The translations under genes were made by a program, and so were the position numbers. DNA of 64,000 nucleotides from the NCBI GenBank assembly GCA_963514005.1, contig OY740808.1, positions 30,070,001-30,134,000 on the forward strand. Direction: 5' to 3'. The notes under the pieces are model-generated. The model saw nothing but the letters and a program-made list of their open reading frames with translations, did not search any database and was not told the origin of the DNA. Positions within the stretch are counted from its first letter, which is position 1, and each line of letters begins with the position of its first letter. The stretch comes from Raja brachyura (taxonomy: Eukaryota). This document shows positions 35,024 through 47,533 of the stretch, piece after piece.

Positions 35024-37550
35024 CAGGGCTCAAAATTAGTGGTTGCCCGGGTGCCAATAACCACTCAAAGAGGCGCCGGGCAACCTAAACGCCCACTCAT
35101 TTTCCCCGGCTTGGCATGCAAATACTGGTTTATACCGAAAGACACAAAAAACTGGAGTAACTCAGCGGGTCAGGCAGCATCTCTGGCGAATAGGAACGTG
35201 ACGTTTCGTGTTGGCGGCGGCAACAGCTGTAGTGCGGGACAAAGATACTAGGAGCGGGGTGACGAAGGGTCGGAGCGAATGACGGACGCCGCACAGCGGC
35301 AACAGCGGCCGCAACAGCGGCTCCACCGCCTCCTCCTCCTGCACCTCCCTCTCCATCCCTCCCTCCCTCCCTCATCCCGGCCTCGGCGTGCGAGAGGGGT
35401 TGTTTTGAAAGCGCCGTTGGTGGATTTGCAGCAGTATCTTTTGATTTGCAGGCAGCGGTCGCTATCGCCCTGATAATGGCCGCTGCCAGCAAACCCTCTA
35501 ACGGCGCTTTCAAAACAACCCCTCTCGCACGCCGAGGCCGGGAGGAGGGAGGGAGCGAGAGGGAAAGGGAGGTCTCCTTCCACCAGGCGGGGTGCGGGAG
35601 GAGGAGGCGGTGGAGCCAGTGTCGCGGCCGCTGTTGCCACTGAAGCAGCTGCACCACAGATCCTGTAGCTAAAGGATCTTTGAGCTGCACGGTGGCGAGG
35701 AGATCCCAACCGCCCCCCCTTTGGCGGCAGCACTTTGGCGTTGGACTGGGACGGCCAAGGCAGTGGGGCGTTGTTGTCCGAGGAACGCTGACCTTCCTTC
35801 CTCCCTCCCCACCTCCTCTGCATCTTCCCCTTCTCTCTCTCGCTCTCTCTTGTACACCCCCCTCCGCCCCTCTTATCCTGGGACCCCCTCCTCTCCATCC
35901 CGCACTGATCCCCATTCCCCCTTCTATTCAGTCCTCACTGACATCCCCTGTGCTCCCCTCCCAATCTACCCCCCCCCCCCAATCTATTCATCACCTTACC
36001 CACCTCGCATTGATTCTCCTGGCACCCCCCCCCCCCCCCATCCCCCATCCATCCTACACTGGTCCCCCAATTCATCCTGTACTAACCCCCCTTCCCATCC
36101 ATTCTGCACATCTCCCCCCATTCATATTGCACTGAACCTCCCAATCATCCCATACTGACCCACCCTCCATTTACCCTGCACCAATCCCCCCGTCCATCCT
36201 GTAGTGATCTTCCCATTCATCTTGTACTGATCCCCTAGTGCATCCTGTACTGATCACCCATTCATCCTGTAGTGATCCCTCCATTCATCCAGCCCAGACC
36301 CTCCGGTCCACACGGTCCTGACCCCCCCCCCATTCATTCTGTATTGATACCCCCACCATCCATCCCGTACTGATCCCTCCCATTCAACACCACTGACGCC
36401 CCCATGCTCTCCCTTCACAATTTTACATACTCCAACCAACATGCACTAATTCACCTGCCTCAATCCATCCATTCCACACCGATTGCCTTCTCAACCCCCC
36501 CCCCCCCGCCATCTATCCACCCCGCACTGATTCACACACCCCCTGACCCTATTGCGTTTCATGGTCTTCAGAGCAAACATTGACTATGTTTGATAACGGA
36601 ATGCAATCCAATGTGTTTTAATTCCCAATGTTATTATTTGTTTTGACACCTTTGAACATATTACCAAAAGAACATTTGCTGCAGTTATGTCCTTTGGCCA
36701 TCTCTTGTCAGTTAGTGTAATGTTTAACCTGTCAGATGGGTATAGTCGGTTTTAACAGCTATTATTATAAAATGCCAATATAAATTTCCTTGCAACCTGT
36801 ATATTTTGTTATGGATAAATTATGTGGGATGCCAGAGTGTTTCTGTGACAATAGCAATAACAACCCATGCTATGGCCATGTCGTGGTAATTTTCGGTCCT
36901 TCACAGAAATCATGCTTGCATCAATCTGTAGTGTGTATGGTTAAGCATATATGTTACCATGGTCCACGATTTATTGACACAGGTTGATCATATGCTGAAT
37001 AATCCAACCACATTTTTGTTTGGAAGTGGAAAGAACTAAAAGAAATTGCATTCATTGCAATGTGTAAAAAGAGTTGAGATATTGTATTATAATTTTGCTG
37101 CATGTCATTGTGGTATATATCATGTCTTCATTGGTGAATATGTTTAGTTTGTGAGTTATTTGAAGCAGAAATAATATGTGAATGTAGACAAAAGTGCTGG
37201 AGAAACTCAGCGGATGCGGCAGCATCTATGGAGCGAAGGAAATAGGCAATTTTTCGGGCCAAAACCCTTCTTCAGACTGATGGGTTTCGACCTGAAACGT
37301 TGCCTATTTCCTTCGCTCCATAGATGCTGCTGCACCCACTGAGTTTCTCCAGCACTTTTGTCTACCTCGATTTTCCAGCATCTGCAGTTCCTTCTTGAAC
37401 ATAATATGTGAATGCGTCATTGAGCATAATTCCAACTGGTAACTACGCACTTCGTCCGAGCACATTATCACACGCGTCATGCAAACCGTCTAAATTGTCA
37501 TTTGGCAACCTAAAAAGCTGTCAAGGTTGCCCGGCTGGCAACAGAGAAAA
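35024..37550. mobile_element. Probable hAT-like non-autonomous DNA element with GC-rich and C-rich interior
   Basis: Starts CAGGGCTC. The GGTTGCCCGG/GGCAACC subterminal motif clusters at 35041-35086 and again at 37504-37542. Right TIR and TSD not found. Confidence 0.5.
37185..37400. mobile_element. Fold-back Penelope pLTR element
   Basis: 14 bp TSD ATAATATGTGAATG (37171-37184, 37401-37414). Two inverted arms of ~80 bp. Confidence 0.9.
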
Positions 37551-37861
37551 AAATGCATGGCAAAACTCTTCAACGAGTGCAATCATGCTCCTACAAGGTT
37601 GGTCGGCACCGGTCACTATCCCACTCTCTGCATCAACCTCCAGGATGGAGTCAGAATAACATGCACGACTTCATCAATAAGTGAAGGGGAAGTGACCTTA
37701 GTGATCACACAACGTGCTAATTTCTGCTTGACGTCATGGCAGGACAAGAGAGATGGCAGTAACATGTAATGTTATCACACAAATGAGCGCAATGAGAAAC
37801 AATATTATTGCACAGCCATGGTGGCAAAATGCATGGCGTTGAAAGGTATATTATGGGCACC

Positions 37862-38150
37862 ATTAGAATTAAAGGACGTTCTTTTCGGAAGGAGATGAGG
37901 ATGCATTTATTTAGTCAGAGGGTGGTGAATCTGTGGAATTCTTTGCCACAGAAGGCTGTGAAAGCCAAATCAGTCGATATTTTTAAGGCAGAGATAGATA
38001 GATTCTTGATTAGTACAAGTGTCAGAGGTTATGGGGAGATGGCAGGAGAATGGGGTTAGGAGGGAGAGATAGATCAACCATGATTGAATGGTGGAGTAGA
38101 CTTGATGGGATGAATGGCCTAATTCTACTCCTGACCTTGTGACCTTATGA
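37862..38150 (+). mobile_element. CR1 3' fragment
   Basis: RIKGRSFRKEMR..FSQRVVNLWNSLPQKAV plus 3' UTR. Confidence 0.9.
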
Positions 38151-38487
38151 CCATTGAGTGTGGGCTGCATGTCATGGCTTACCCGATGGCCAGTAATCCA
38201 GTGGGACTTTGCAGTCTAGTTTGTACTGTGGTGCAATATTGCCAATCTTGGTTCAGAGTTGCTTCATGTTGACCCTAAACAAGACAACTCCATATCCCGC
38301 ATTTTAAATTCTGATGTGGCATTCTGGGCATCGTACTGCGTATCTGTGCATTCCTTGTAAAACCAAAAAAGCTGGAAATAATCAGCAAGTGGGGGGACAA
38401 CCCTGGAGGGAGAATCAGAGGTAAGGTTTCAGTTGGCCAGCCTTGGGTGTGCACACATTGGATATTGAACGCATGTACCTAAAGCAG

Positions 38488-38672
38488 AAGGTAGACACAA
38501 AATGCTGGAGTAACTCAGCGGGACAGGCAGCATCTCTGGAGAGAAGGAATGGGTGACATTTCGGGTCCAGACCCTTCTTCAGACTGAAGAAGACCTTTCA
38601 GTCAGGCCTTCAGTCTGCAGAAGGGTCTCAACCCGAAAAGTCACCCATTTCTTCTCTCCAGAGATGCTGCCA
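38488..38672. mobile_element. Fold-back pair of Penelope pLTR halves
   Basis: Minus-strand half to 38585 and plus-strand half from ~38611, each with a hammerhead-like core. Confidence 0.85.
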
Positions 38673-39649
38673 GTCTTGTCTTGTGACAGGTACTAACTAT
38701 TTTCCTGAAATGAAGGTGTGTCCATGGAAAGACAACCAAACAAAACTGGGTCCCACAACTTGATCCCGATGCTAAAGGACTGGGTAAATGAGATAGGAGG
38801 TCATGAACAAAGCCTGCAAAAGCTCATCACAAAGGCAGCAAAAACATGAATGTACCCACGGCTGAAAGTGACACATTTCCTTCTCCACAGAGAAGTTTCT
38901 GAAGATTGGTCATCAAAGCAGTGACTAAAATGTTAAAGAGCAATTATGCGCTCCACTGATTTGTTTGAATATGAAGATATAAATATGTATAAAGTGCACA
39001 ACGTTCTTTTCAAGAAAGTAGCTAAATCCAATCTTTGCAGTTTGTGATAAATTGGTGGGCGCTGCATTATCACAAGAGCCGATTTTATTTACAGTAAATA
39101 AGCTCCACTGTCAGGATAATAAAGCACAGAGAAGCTGAACTTCTGCACAGGAGACTCTCTGCTCTGATCTATATGAATGGTCCATGTGCCATCACATGGT
39201 GCTGGCAATACTGCTCTCTGTGCATGAATAACCCTGTTTCTGCCACCTGGGACTCTCTTGACAAAGTACATTTGCTGCTAAGAGCTACAGCAGTGTAGAG
39301 TGTGCAAAGAGCTAGACAGCCTGTCGACCGTGTGTGTTTCTGTGGCTGTCCTTTATATTGCTTATACTATATAAAAGGTTTACTACAGTACAAAGCAAAC
39401 GTGGGCAAAATAGTTTAGGAATGGCTGGCTAGCTAGTCAGGACCACACATCACTCTGCTATCTGAATTTTTGTTTCAACAAGAAAATGTATTTTGCATTA
39501 AATTACCAATCCCTTATTATTAAGAATTCAAATGGGTAGTTCTAATTCAACTAACACCTCCATTTGTATGTAGAACCTTGTGATTTCCCTTGTCAAACTA
39601 ACAGTTAATTATCTCTTAACAACATTAGTAGCAAAACAAGAACAGATAT

Positions 39650-39914
39650 AACACACACACACATACAGATACACACAGACACTCATACATACAGACACAT
39701 ATACACATACAGACACACACATGTGTATACACACAGACATAAACAAATGAAGGCACACACACGCATCCATACAAACACACCAACATACAAACACACACAC
39801 AACACATGCATAAACACACACACGAGTATATTCAGTACATATACAAGCACATATATACAAACACACATACACACACAACACACATATACACACGCACACA
39901 TGCATACACACACA
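39650..39914. repeat. (CA)n-rich degenerate microsatellite
   Basis: Seen directly. Confidence 0.9.
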
Positions 39915-41379
39915 AAGTCTGAAGAAGGGTTCTGAGCATGAGACATCACCTATCCATATTCTCCAGAGATGCCGTCTGGCCCAATTGAGTTACTCCAGCA
40001 ATTAGTGTTGTTAGTTCCTTGTTTCTAAGTATCTAGAGTATTCATGTAGCATTTTACAGCAGATACCAACAATGACACATGCCTTTGGGAATACCACTAT
40101 CCATAATTCACTTGCCAGTGGGTTTTAATGACCTGTGGTTGAAGGGGTTACACATTTGTCTCCCCCATCCTCCTCAGAGTCAGGAATACCAGCAGAACAT
40201 CCAACTAATCCAAACCTTTTTGAATGCAAGCCTCTTTCAGTAAAATATGCACACCCTCTCCCCTCCAACCTAAATTATCATCTGAGACCATCAATGGCCA
40301 GATCTTCTAACAAGCAGGGTCTGTGACAAGAGTACTCTGGGGTACTTCAGAGGGAGTTAATGCTTTTATTTCTTTTGACTATTTTTGTGAACTTTCTAAC
40401 TAAATTGTCTCAATATTATTGAAGGCTCTCGCACTTGTCACCTCAAAGTGGTCCTGCACACAGGATTGGCAACCATCACTTTAAGATATGCTCCCCAAAT
40501 ACTCCACGGCATTCAAGTGGATACTTTTGGAACTATAGAATATGATATCACTGGATATGTGTACTTTCTGTACTTTGTAACAAGGTACTTGTTGTAAAGT
40601 GCGGTGACAATTCAGCTTGCCGCAATAATCATGCTGAAATATGATAAATATACCGAGCACTGCCGGTTCCTGCTGAGTCCGATTAATTTGAAGTGCAATA
40701 TAAAAAGATAACTTAACATGGATATGTGGGGGAGCAAACACTTCAAAAGTCAGTCTGGACTTCATATCTAGAAAATAACTGCAATAAAAAGTCCAGAGGT
40801 TGTAGTACTCTTGCTGGAAGATCAAAATAGCTTTAAATATCGGGTGTTGCTGGCTGGGATGATGATATATAGTTAAGAGTGTTTATTGGGTGTTTTCGTT
40901 TTTGCTGAACTTTCCCTCCTGTCGCAGCTATTGGAATTAAAGAAGGATAAATCAATAGTAAAGAAGAAGTTTGGATCAGTCTTTGACCTCTTCAATATCC
41001 TGATTATTACTCTTCGTGAATATGCTACAAAGATAGCTGGCTTTGCATAAACAGGAATACAGTCATTGCTTTTCATTTAATCTTCATCATTTGGAACGCA
41101 AGCCTAAGCCATTTAGCTCATGTGTCCAAAATGGATCCATGGAAAGTACCTGCACTTGCCAGATCTTGGTCCAAGGTCTCGTAGGTGCATCTCTGCACAT
41201 TCCCTGCCAGATATATTTGTCCAAGTAGAAGGCCAATATCCTCACCACAGCAGTCGTGTGCTTCTTATAATTGGAGACCCAAGAGACCGCACATGCTGGC
41301 AAAGCGCTGAAGGAACTCAGCAGGTCGGGCAGCATCTGGGGAGGGAACAAACAGAGCGCAGACGATTATTGGGACACAG

Positions 41380-41822
41380 CTACCAGCCTTGGAGGGCATC
41401 TACTGTACACGGTGCCTCAGGAAAGGCCGGCAGCATTCACAAAGACTCCTCACACCCTTGTAATAGGCTGTTCGAACTTCTACCATCCAGCAGACATTAC
41501 AAGGCCTTCTACACCCGCACCTCCAGACTCAGGAACAGCTTCATCCCCAGAGCTATAGTTGCTCTGAACCGGCCCTGCTGAGTGCCCCCGCCCCCATGAA
41601 CTGTCTCCCTCGGATCGTCACATCGCTCATCGACCCGGCACAGACCTATTTGCACTTTATACTGTTTTACTGTTTTTTTTATAAATCATGTTTCTCTGGG
41701 TATCTAAATTTTAGTTGTTTAAGTTATGACATCGGATGGAAGCTGCAAACCAAATCTCGTTGCACCTCTGTGCAATGACAATAACATATATTATTATAAT
41801 AATAATTATTATTATTATTATG
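41380..41822 (+). mobile_element. Rex1/Babar 3' fragment with (ATT)n tail
   Basis: KAGSIHKDSSHPCNRLFELLPSSRHYKAFYTRTSRLRNSFIPRAI, then GACAATAAC and an (ATT)n tail. Confidence 0.8.
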
Positions 41823-43046
41823 ATGTTTTGGGATGGATTGATGGTGTTTTATGGAGGGGGTAGAAGCTGGAAAAGAGAGGAGGGTGTCGGACAAAGCCAG
41901 GCAAGGGGCAGGTGGAAGCAAGTAGGGGGTTGGGGAGGGGGGATTGGCAGATGGGGAGACCGTGTGACGAAAGCTATAGGTGAAAAGGGGACAAGAGGGT
42001 GTCAGATAGGGGAGAAAAGGAGGAATCACAGAAGGGAGCAGAGAGGGAGGATCTCACTGAGGTCCTGTCAGAGAGAGGAGGTCACGGGGAGAACGTACAA
42101 ACTCCATACAGGCAGCACACGTAGTCAGGATCGAACCTGAGGCTCTGCCACTGTAAGGCAGCAACTCTACCGCTGTGCTACCCCATTTCATCATTACTTT
42201 CTCATATAACTGAAAAGAAGATGATTGCCTTTGTGCTGCTAGTTGTCACGCCCTGGAAGGCACATCCTGACAAGGTGGCAGAAGCAAATTTAACAGCAGT
42301 TTTCGGAAGGGACATGAACACATAAGGGAAAAGGTTAAGATTGTATGGCATTGGAGAATGCTGGGGGACAGGGCCAAATGCATAACTATTGCAAAAAGCT
42401 GGAGGTATATTGAGCTAAATTGCCACCTCCTTCCTGCATGACACTGTCTGTTCATCATTTCGAGCAAGTGTTTTCCTCGGTAATAATGCCAGAAGGCACA
42501 TGTCCATTCTGCATTATGAATCGGCTGAAACAATGGTCTCCTTTTCTCAATAATTGTGTGAATCATCAACGTACTCATCAGAGATTTAATAGGAACCTGG
42601 AGGGTAACTTTTTCACACAAAGGGTGATGGGTGTATGGAACCAACTGCCGGAGGAGGTAGTTGAGGCAGGTACTATCACAATGTTTAAGAAACATTTGGA
42701 TATGTACAAGGACAGGTTTAGAGGGATTGTGTAGGAAGGAACTGCAGATGCTAGTTTACACCAAAGATTGACGCAAATTGCTGGAGGAACTCATCTCTGG
42801 AGAGAAGGAATGGGAGACATTTTGTTCAGGCTGTCGGGTTTAAAGGGATATGGGCCAAATGCAGGCAGGTGTGATAGTGTAGATGGGACAAGTTGAGCCG
42901 AAGGGACTGTTTCCACGCTGTAAGACTCTTTGACTCTATGTCTGCTTGTCGCATCATAACATTGTTCCATTGTTCCCTGGAAGTGGGCAACATACTGTAA
43001 GTTGTTATAGTGGTAAAGAAAGTGTATGGTGTGCTTGCCTTCATCA

Positions 43047-43530
43047 GAATCAGAATCAGAATCAGAATCACACTTTATTTGCCAAGTATGTTTTGGAACA
43101 TACGAGGAATTTCATTGGCCAGGTCAGTCATACAATTAAAAGCATCAGACTTAAAGACACATTTTAACATGAACATCCACCACAGTGACTCCTACACATT
43201 CCTCACTGTGATGGAAGGAGAAATAAAGTTCAAGTCCTTCCTTATATTCTTCCTCGGTCGGGGGCCTCGAGCCCTCCGTTGACGGGACGGTCTTGACTCC
43301 TGTAGCTGGCGCCGTTCCGGCCCTCTGCGTCGAGGCAATCAGCTTCTGCATCAGGGGAATGTCAGCTCCCCTGCACCGGGCGATAGAACCTCGCGTCGGG
43401 GCTGGTCGAACCTTCCACGGCACTGGAGCTCCCGACTCGGCCTCTCCCGAGACTGCGAGCCCTTGATGGTAAGAAAGAAAAAAAACGAACAGACTGCCGG
43501 CAGGGCTGCCATCTCCCCCGGCGCCCCTGA
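43047..43530 (-). mobile_element. Non-coding retroposon (SINE-like) with GC-rich body and (GATTCT)n tail
   Basis: Minus-strand 3' end CTTGGCAAATAAAGTGT(GATTCT)n. B-box-like GGTTCGACC near 43405-43413. It cleanly interrupts the CR1 host. Confidence 0.6.
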
Positions 43531-43681
43531 TAGATATTGAGTATAAATGTCAGTAAGTCATGGTACAGCGTTATACAACTTTGGTTAGGCCACATTTGGT
43601 ATGTCATGTGCAGTTTTGGTCACCCCATTACAGGAAGAATGTGGCTTTGGAGAAGGTGCAGAAGTGGTTTATCAGAATGCT

Positions 43682-44906
43682 AGACATAAAATGCTGGAGT
43701 AACTCAGCGGGACAGGCAACATCTCTGGATAGAAGGAATGGGTGACATTTCGGGTCGAGAGCCTTCTTCAGACTGATGTCAGGGGAGAGGGAGATGCATA
43801 GATAAGGAAGTGTAAGGTGTGAAAATAGGACTAAGGGAATGAAGATCAAGGAAAACGTAAAATAGATCACTGTTAGCTGGGAGAAGGTAACAAATCAAAC
43901 AGAGATAAAATGTAGTCAGAGACAGTAAGATTAGTCGGAGAACTGGGAAGGGGGAGGGATGGAGAGAGAAAGAAAGCAAGCATTACTTGAAGTTAGGGAA
44001 GTTAATTTTCATACCACTGGGGTGTAAGCTGCCCAAGCGAAATAGGAGGTCCTCCAATTTGTGCAGGCCTCACTCTGACAGTGGAGGAGGCCCAGGATAA
44101 AAAGGTCAGTGTGGGAATGGGAGGGGGAGTTAAAGTGTTTAGCAAGCGGGAGATCAGGTAGGTTTAGACGGACTGAGTGGAGGTGTTCAGCGAAACAATC
44201 GCTGAGCCTGCGCTTGGTCTCGCCGATATATTGGAGTCCACACCTGGAAAAACAGATACAGTAGATGAGATGCAAGTGAACTTCTGCCTCACCTGAAAAG
44301 ACTGTTGGGATCCTTGGACGGAGTCGAGCGGGGAGGTATAGGGACAGGTGTTGCATCTCCTGTGGTTGCTGGGGAAAGTGCCTGTGGAGGGGTTGGTTTG
44401 AGTGGGAAGGGACAAGTTGGCCAGGAAGCTGCGGAGGCAACGGTTGCTGTGGAAAGCGGAAAGGGCTGTAGATGATAAGATGTGGGTACTGGTGGGATCC
44501 TGTTGGAGGTGGTGAAAATGTTGGAGGATTATGTGTTGTGTGCGATGACTGATGGGGTGGAAGGTGAGGACTGGGGGGACTCCGGCCCTGTTACAACTGG
44601 GGGCAGGGGAAGCAAGAGCTGAGCGGCGGTATATCAAGGAGACCCTCGTGATGGCCTCATCTATGAACCCCCGTTCCCTAAAGAATGAGGACATCTCCGA
44701 TATCCTGGGATGGACCACCTCATCTTGGGTGCAGATGCAGTGTAGACGGAGGAATGGCGAGTAGGGGATAGTCTTTACAGTAAGTAAGGTGGGAAGACTA
44801 GATAGCTGTGGGAGTCAGTTGGTTTATAATAGATATGAGTAGATCGTCTGTCTCCTGTGATGGAGACGGTGAGATCAAGAAAAGGTAGGGAGATGCTGGA
44901 GATGTC
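43682..44906 (-). mobile_element. Penelope-like element, 5'-truncated, frameshifted GIY-YIG region plus pLTR
   Basis: ORFs 44164-44718 and 44009-44440 (LIYCI..YIGETKRRL.D.FAEH) are homologous to 58045-58809. Probable TSD CAGAATGCT (43673-43681, 44907-44915). Confidence 0.9.
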
Positions 44907-45085
44907 CAGAATGCTGCTTGGGGTTAGAGGATATTATCTATCAGGATGGGTTAGACAAACTTGGATCGTTTTCTCTGGAGCACCAGAGACTAGGAGCAAA
45001 CCTGATAGAAGTTTATAAAATTATGAGAGGCATAGATAAGGTCGATAGGCAGAACAATGTTTTCCAAAGTAGAAATGTGAAAGAT

Positions 45086-47215
45086 TATGCAATGCAAGGC
45101 ATTTAAAGACTGCATGGATGAACTACAACAATTGTTCATCCCAGTTTGGCAAAAGACTAAATCAGGGAAGGTAGTGCATCCGTGGATAACAAGGGAAATC
45201 AGGGATAGTATCAAAACTAAAGATGAAGCATACAGAAAAAGCAGCCTACCAGAGGACTGGGAGAAATTCAGTCCAGCAGAGGAGGACAAAGTGCTTAATT
45301 AGGAAAGGAAAAATAGATTATGAAAGAAAACTGGCTGGGAACATAAAAACGGATTGCAAACATTTTTATAGATATGTGAAGAGAAAAAGGTTAGTTAAAA
45401 CAAATGTAGGTCCCTTGCAGTCAGAAACTGGTGAATTGATCATGGGGAACAAGGACATGGCAGACCAATTGAATAACTACTTTGGTTTTGTCTTCACCAA
45501 GGAAGACATAAATAATCTGCCGGAAATAGCAGGGGACCGGGGGTCAAATGAGATGGAGGAACTGAGTGAAATCCAGGTTGGCCGGGAAGTGGTGTTACGT
45601 AAATTGAATGGATTAAAGGCCGATAAATCCCCAGGGCCAGATGGGCTGCATCCCAGAGTACTTAAGGAAGTAGCCCCAGAAATAGTGGATGCATTAGTGA
45701 TAATGTTTCAAAACTCTTTAGATTCTGGAGTAGTTCCTGAGGATTGGAGGGTAGCTAATGTACCCCCACTTTTTAAAAAAGGAGGGAGAGAGAAAGCGGC
45801 GAATTACAGACCAGTTAGTCTAACATCGGTAGTGGGGGAAATGCTTGAGTCAGTTATTAAAGATGGGGTAGCAGCACATTTGGAAAGTGGTAAAATCATT
45901 GGACAAAGTCAGCATGGAGTTATGAAAGGTAAATCATGTCTGACGAATCTTATAGAATTTTTCGAGGATGTAACTAGTAGAGTGGATAAGGGAGAACCTG
46001 TGGATGTGTTATATCTGGACTTTCAGAAGGCTTTCGACAAGGTCCCACATAAGAGATTAGCATTCAAACTTAAAGCACACGGTATTGGGGGTTCAGTGTT
46101 GAGGTGAATAGAGAACTGGCTGGCAGATAGGAAGCAAAGAGTAGGAGTAAACGGGTCATTTTCATAATGGAAGGCAGTGACTAGTGGGGTACCGAAAGGC
46201 TCAGTGCTGGGACCCCAGCTATTTACAATATATATTAATGATTTGGATGAGGGAATTGAATGCAACATCTCCAAGTTTGCGGATGACACGAAGCTGGGGG
46301 GCAGTGTTAGCTGTAAGGAGGATGCTAGGGGGCTGCAAGGTGACTTGGATAGGTTGGGTGAATGGGCAAATGCATGGCAACTGCAGTATAATGTGGATAA
46401 ATGTGAGGTTATCCACTTTGGCTGCAAAAACAGGAGGGTAGACTATTATCTGAACGGTGGCCGATTAGGAAAAAGGGAGATGCAACGTGACCTGGGTGTC
46501 ATGGTACACCAGTCATTGAAAGTAGGCATGCAGGTGCAGCAGGCTGTGAAAAAATCGAATGGTATGTTGGCATTCATAGCAAAAGGATTTGAGTACAAGA
46601 GCAGGGAGGTTCTTCTGCAGTTGTACAGGGTCTTGGTGAGGCCACACCTGGAGTATTGTGTACAGTTTTGGTCTCCTAATCTGAGGAAAGACATTATTGC
46701 CATAGAGGGAGTACAGAGAAGGTTCACCAGACTGATTCCTGGGATGGCAGGACTTCCATATGAAGAAAGACTGGATAGACTTGGCTTGTACTCGCTGGAA
46801 TTTAGGAGATTGAGGGGGGATCTTATAGAGACTTACAAAATTCTTAAGGGGTTGGACAGGCTAGATGCAGGAAGATTGTTCCCGATGTTGGGGAAGTCCA
46901 GAACAAGGGGTCACAGTTTAAGGATAAGGGGGAAGTCTTTTAGGACCGAGATGAGAAGGTCATTTTTCATACAGAGAGTGGTGAATCTGTGGAATTCTCT
47001 GCCACAGAAGGTAGTTGAGGCCAGTTCATTGGCTATATTTAAGAGGGAGTTAGATGTGGCCCTTGTGGCTAAAGGGATCAGGGGGTATGGAGAGAAGGCA
47101 GGTACAGGATACTGAGTTAGATGATCAGCCATCATCTTATTGAATGGCGGTGCAGGCTCGAAGGGCCGAATGACCTACTCCTGCACCTATTTTCTATGAT
47201 TCTATGATTCTATGA
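45086..47215 (+). mobile_element. CR1 LINE, 5'-truncated, RT domain with in-frame stops
   Basis: ORFs 45223-46107 and 46177-47115 are in one frame: KSPGPDG, NYRPVSLT, DFQKAFD, GVPKGSVLGP, FADD. Tail (TTCTATGA)n. Confidence 0.95.
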
Positions 47216-47533
47216 TTAGAGTGTATGGTTTTAAGGTCAAAGAGGGAATGTTTAAAGGAGATGTGTGGGTCAGGTTTTTTGTAAACACAGAGAATGGTTG
47301 CTTGGAATCTACTTCCAGGGGGGTGGTGGATTCAGATGTAATTGCGGCATTTAAGAGGTTTTTAGCTCAGCGCGTGTACATGGAGGGAAGGACGGGGTAT
47401 GGTTCAATGGTTCAATTGTACTTCATTAGCCACATGTACCGAAATACAATTAAATTCATTTTTGCATACAGTTCAGTGCAAGTATCGCTATTGATAAGCA
47501 TTAGATTAGCATCTTAGACATAGTACAAGTGTA

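Larger units (their letters stand above)
43010..47400 (+). mobile_element. Old CR1 3' fragment broken into four pieces by three later insertions
   Basis: Host pieces at ~43010-43046 (VKKVYGVLAFI), 43531-43681 (YTTLVRPHL..QFWSPHYRK), 44907-45085 (LDKLGSFSLEHQRL..LIEVYKIMRGIDKVD) and 47216-47400 are collinear with the CR1 ORF2 C-terminus. Confidence 0.75.

Noticed and set aside
35130-36158. ORFs of 145-261 aa that might be a host first exon in a CpG island
   Set aside because: Stop-poor GC-rich inverted repeat and C-rich low complexity. Frames are open on both strands and run into pLTR sequence.
38488-38672. Fold-back elements as DNA-transposon MITEs
   Set aside because: The arms are Penelope pLTR sequence and related copies have long variable TSDs (13-16 bp), unlike cut-and-paste elements.
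39609-39949. Cys/Val-rich and His/Thr-rich ORFs
   Set aside because: (CA)n microsatellite artefacts.
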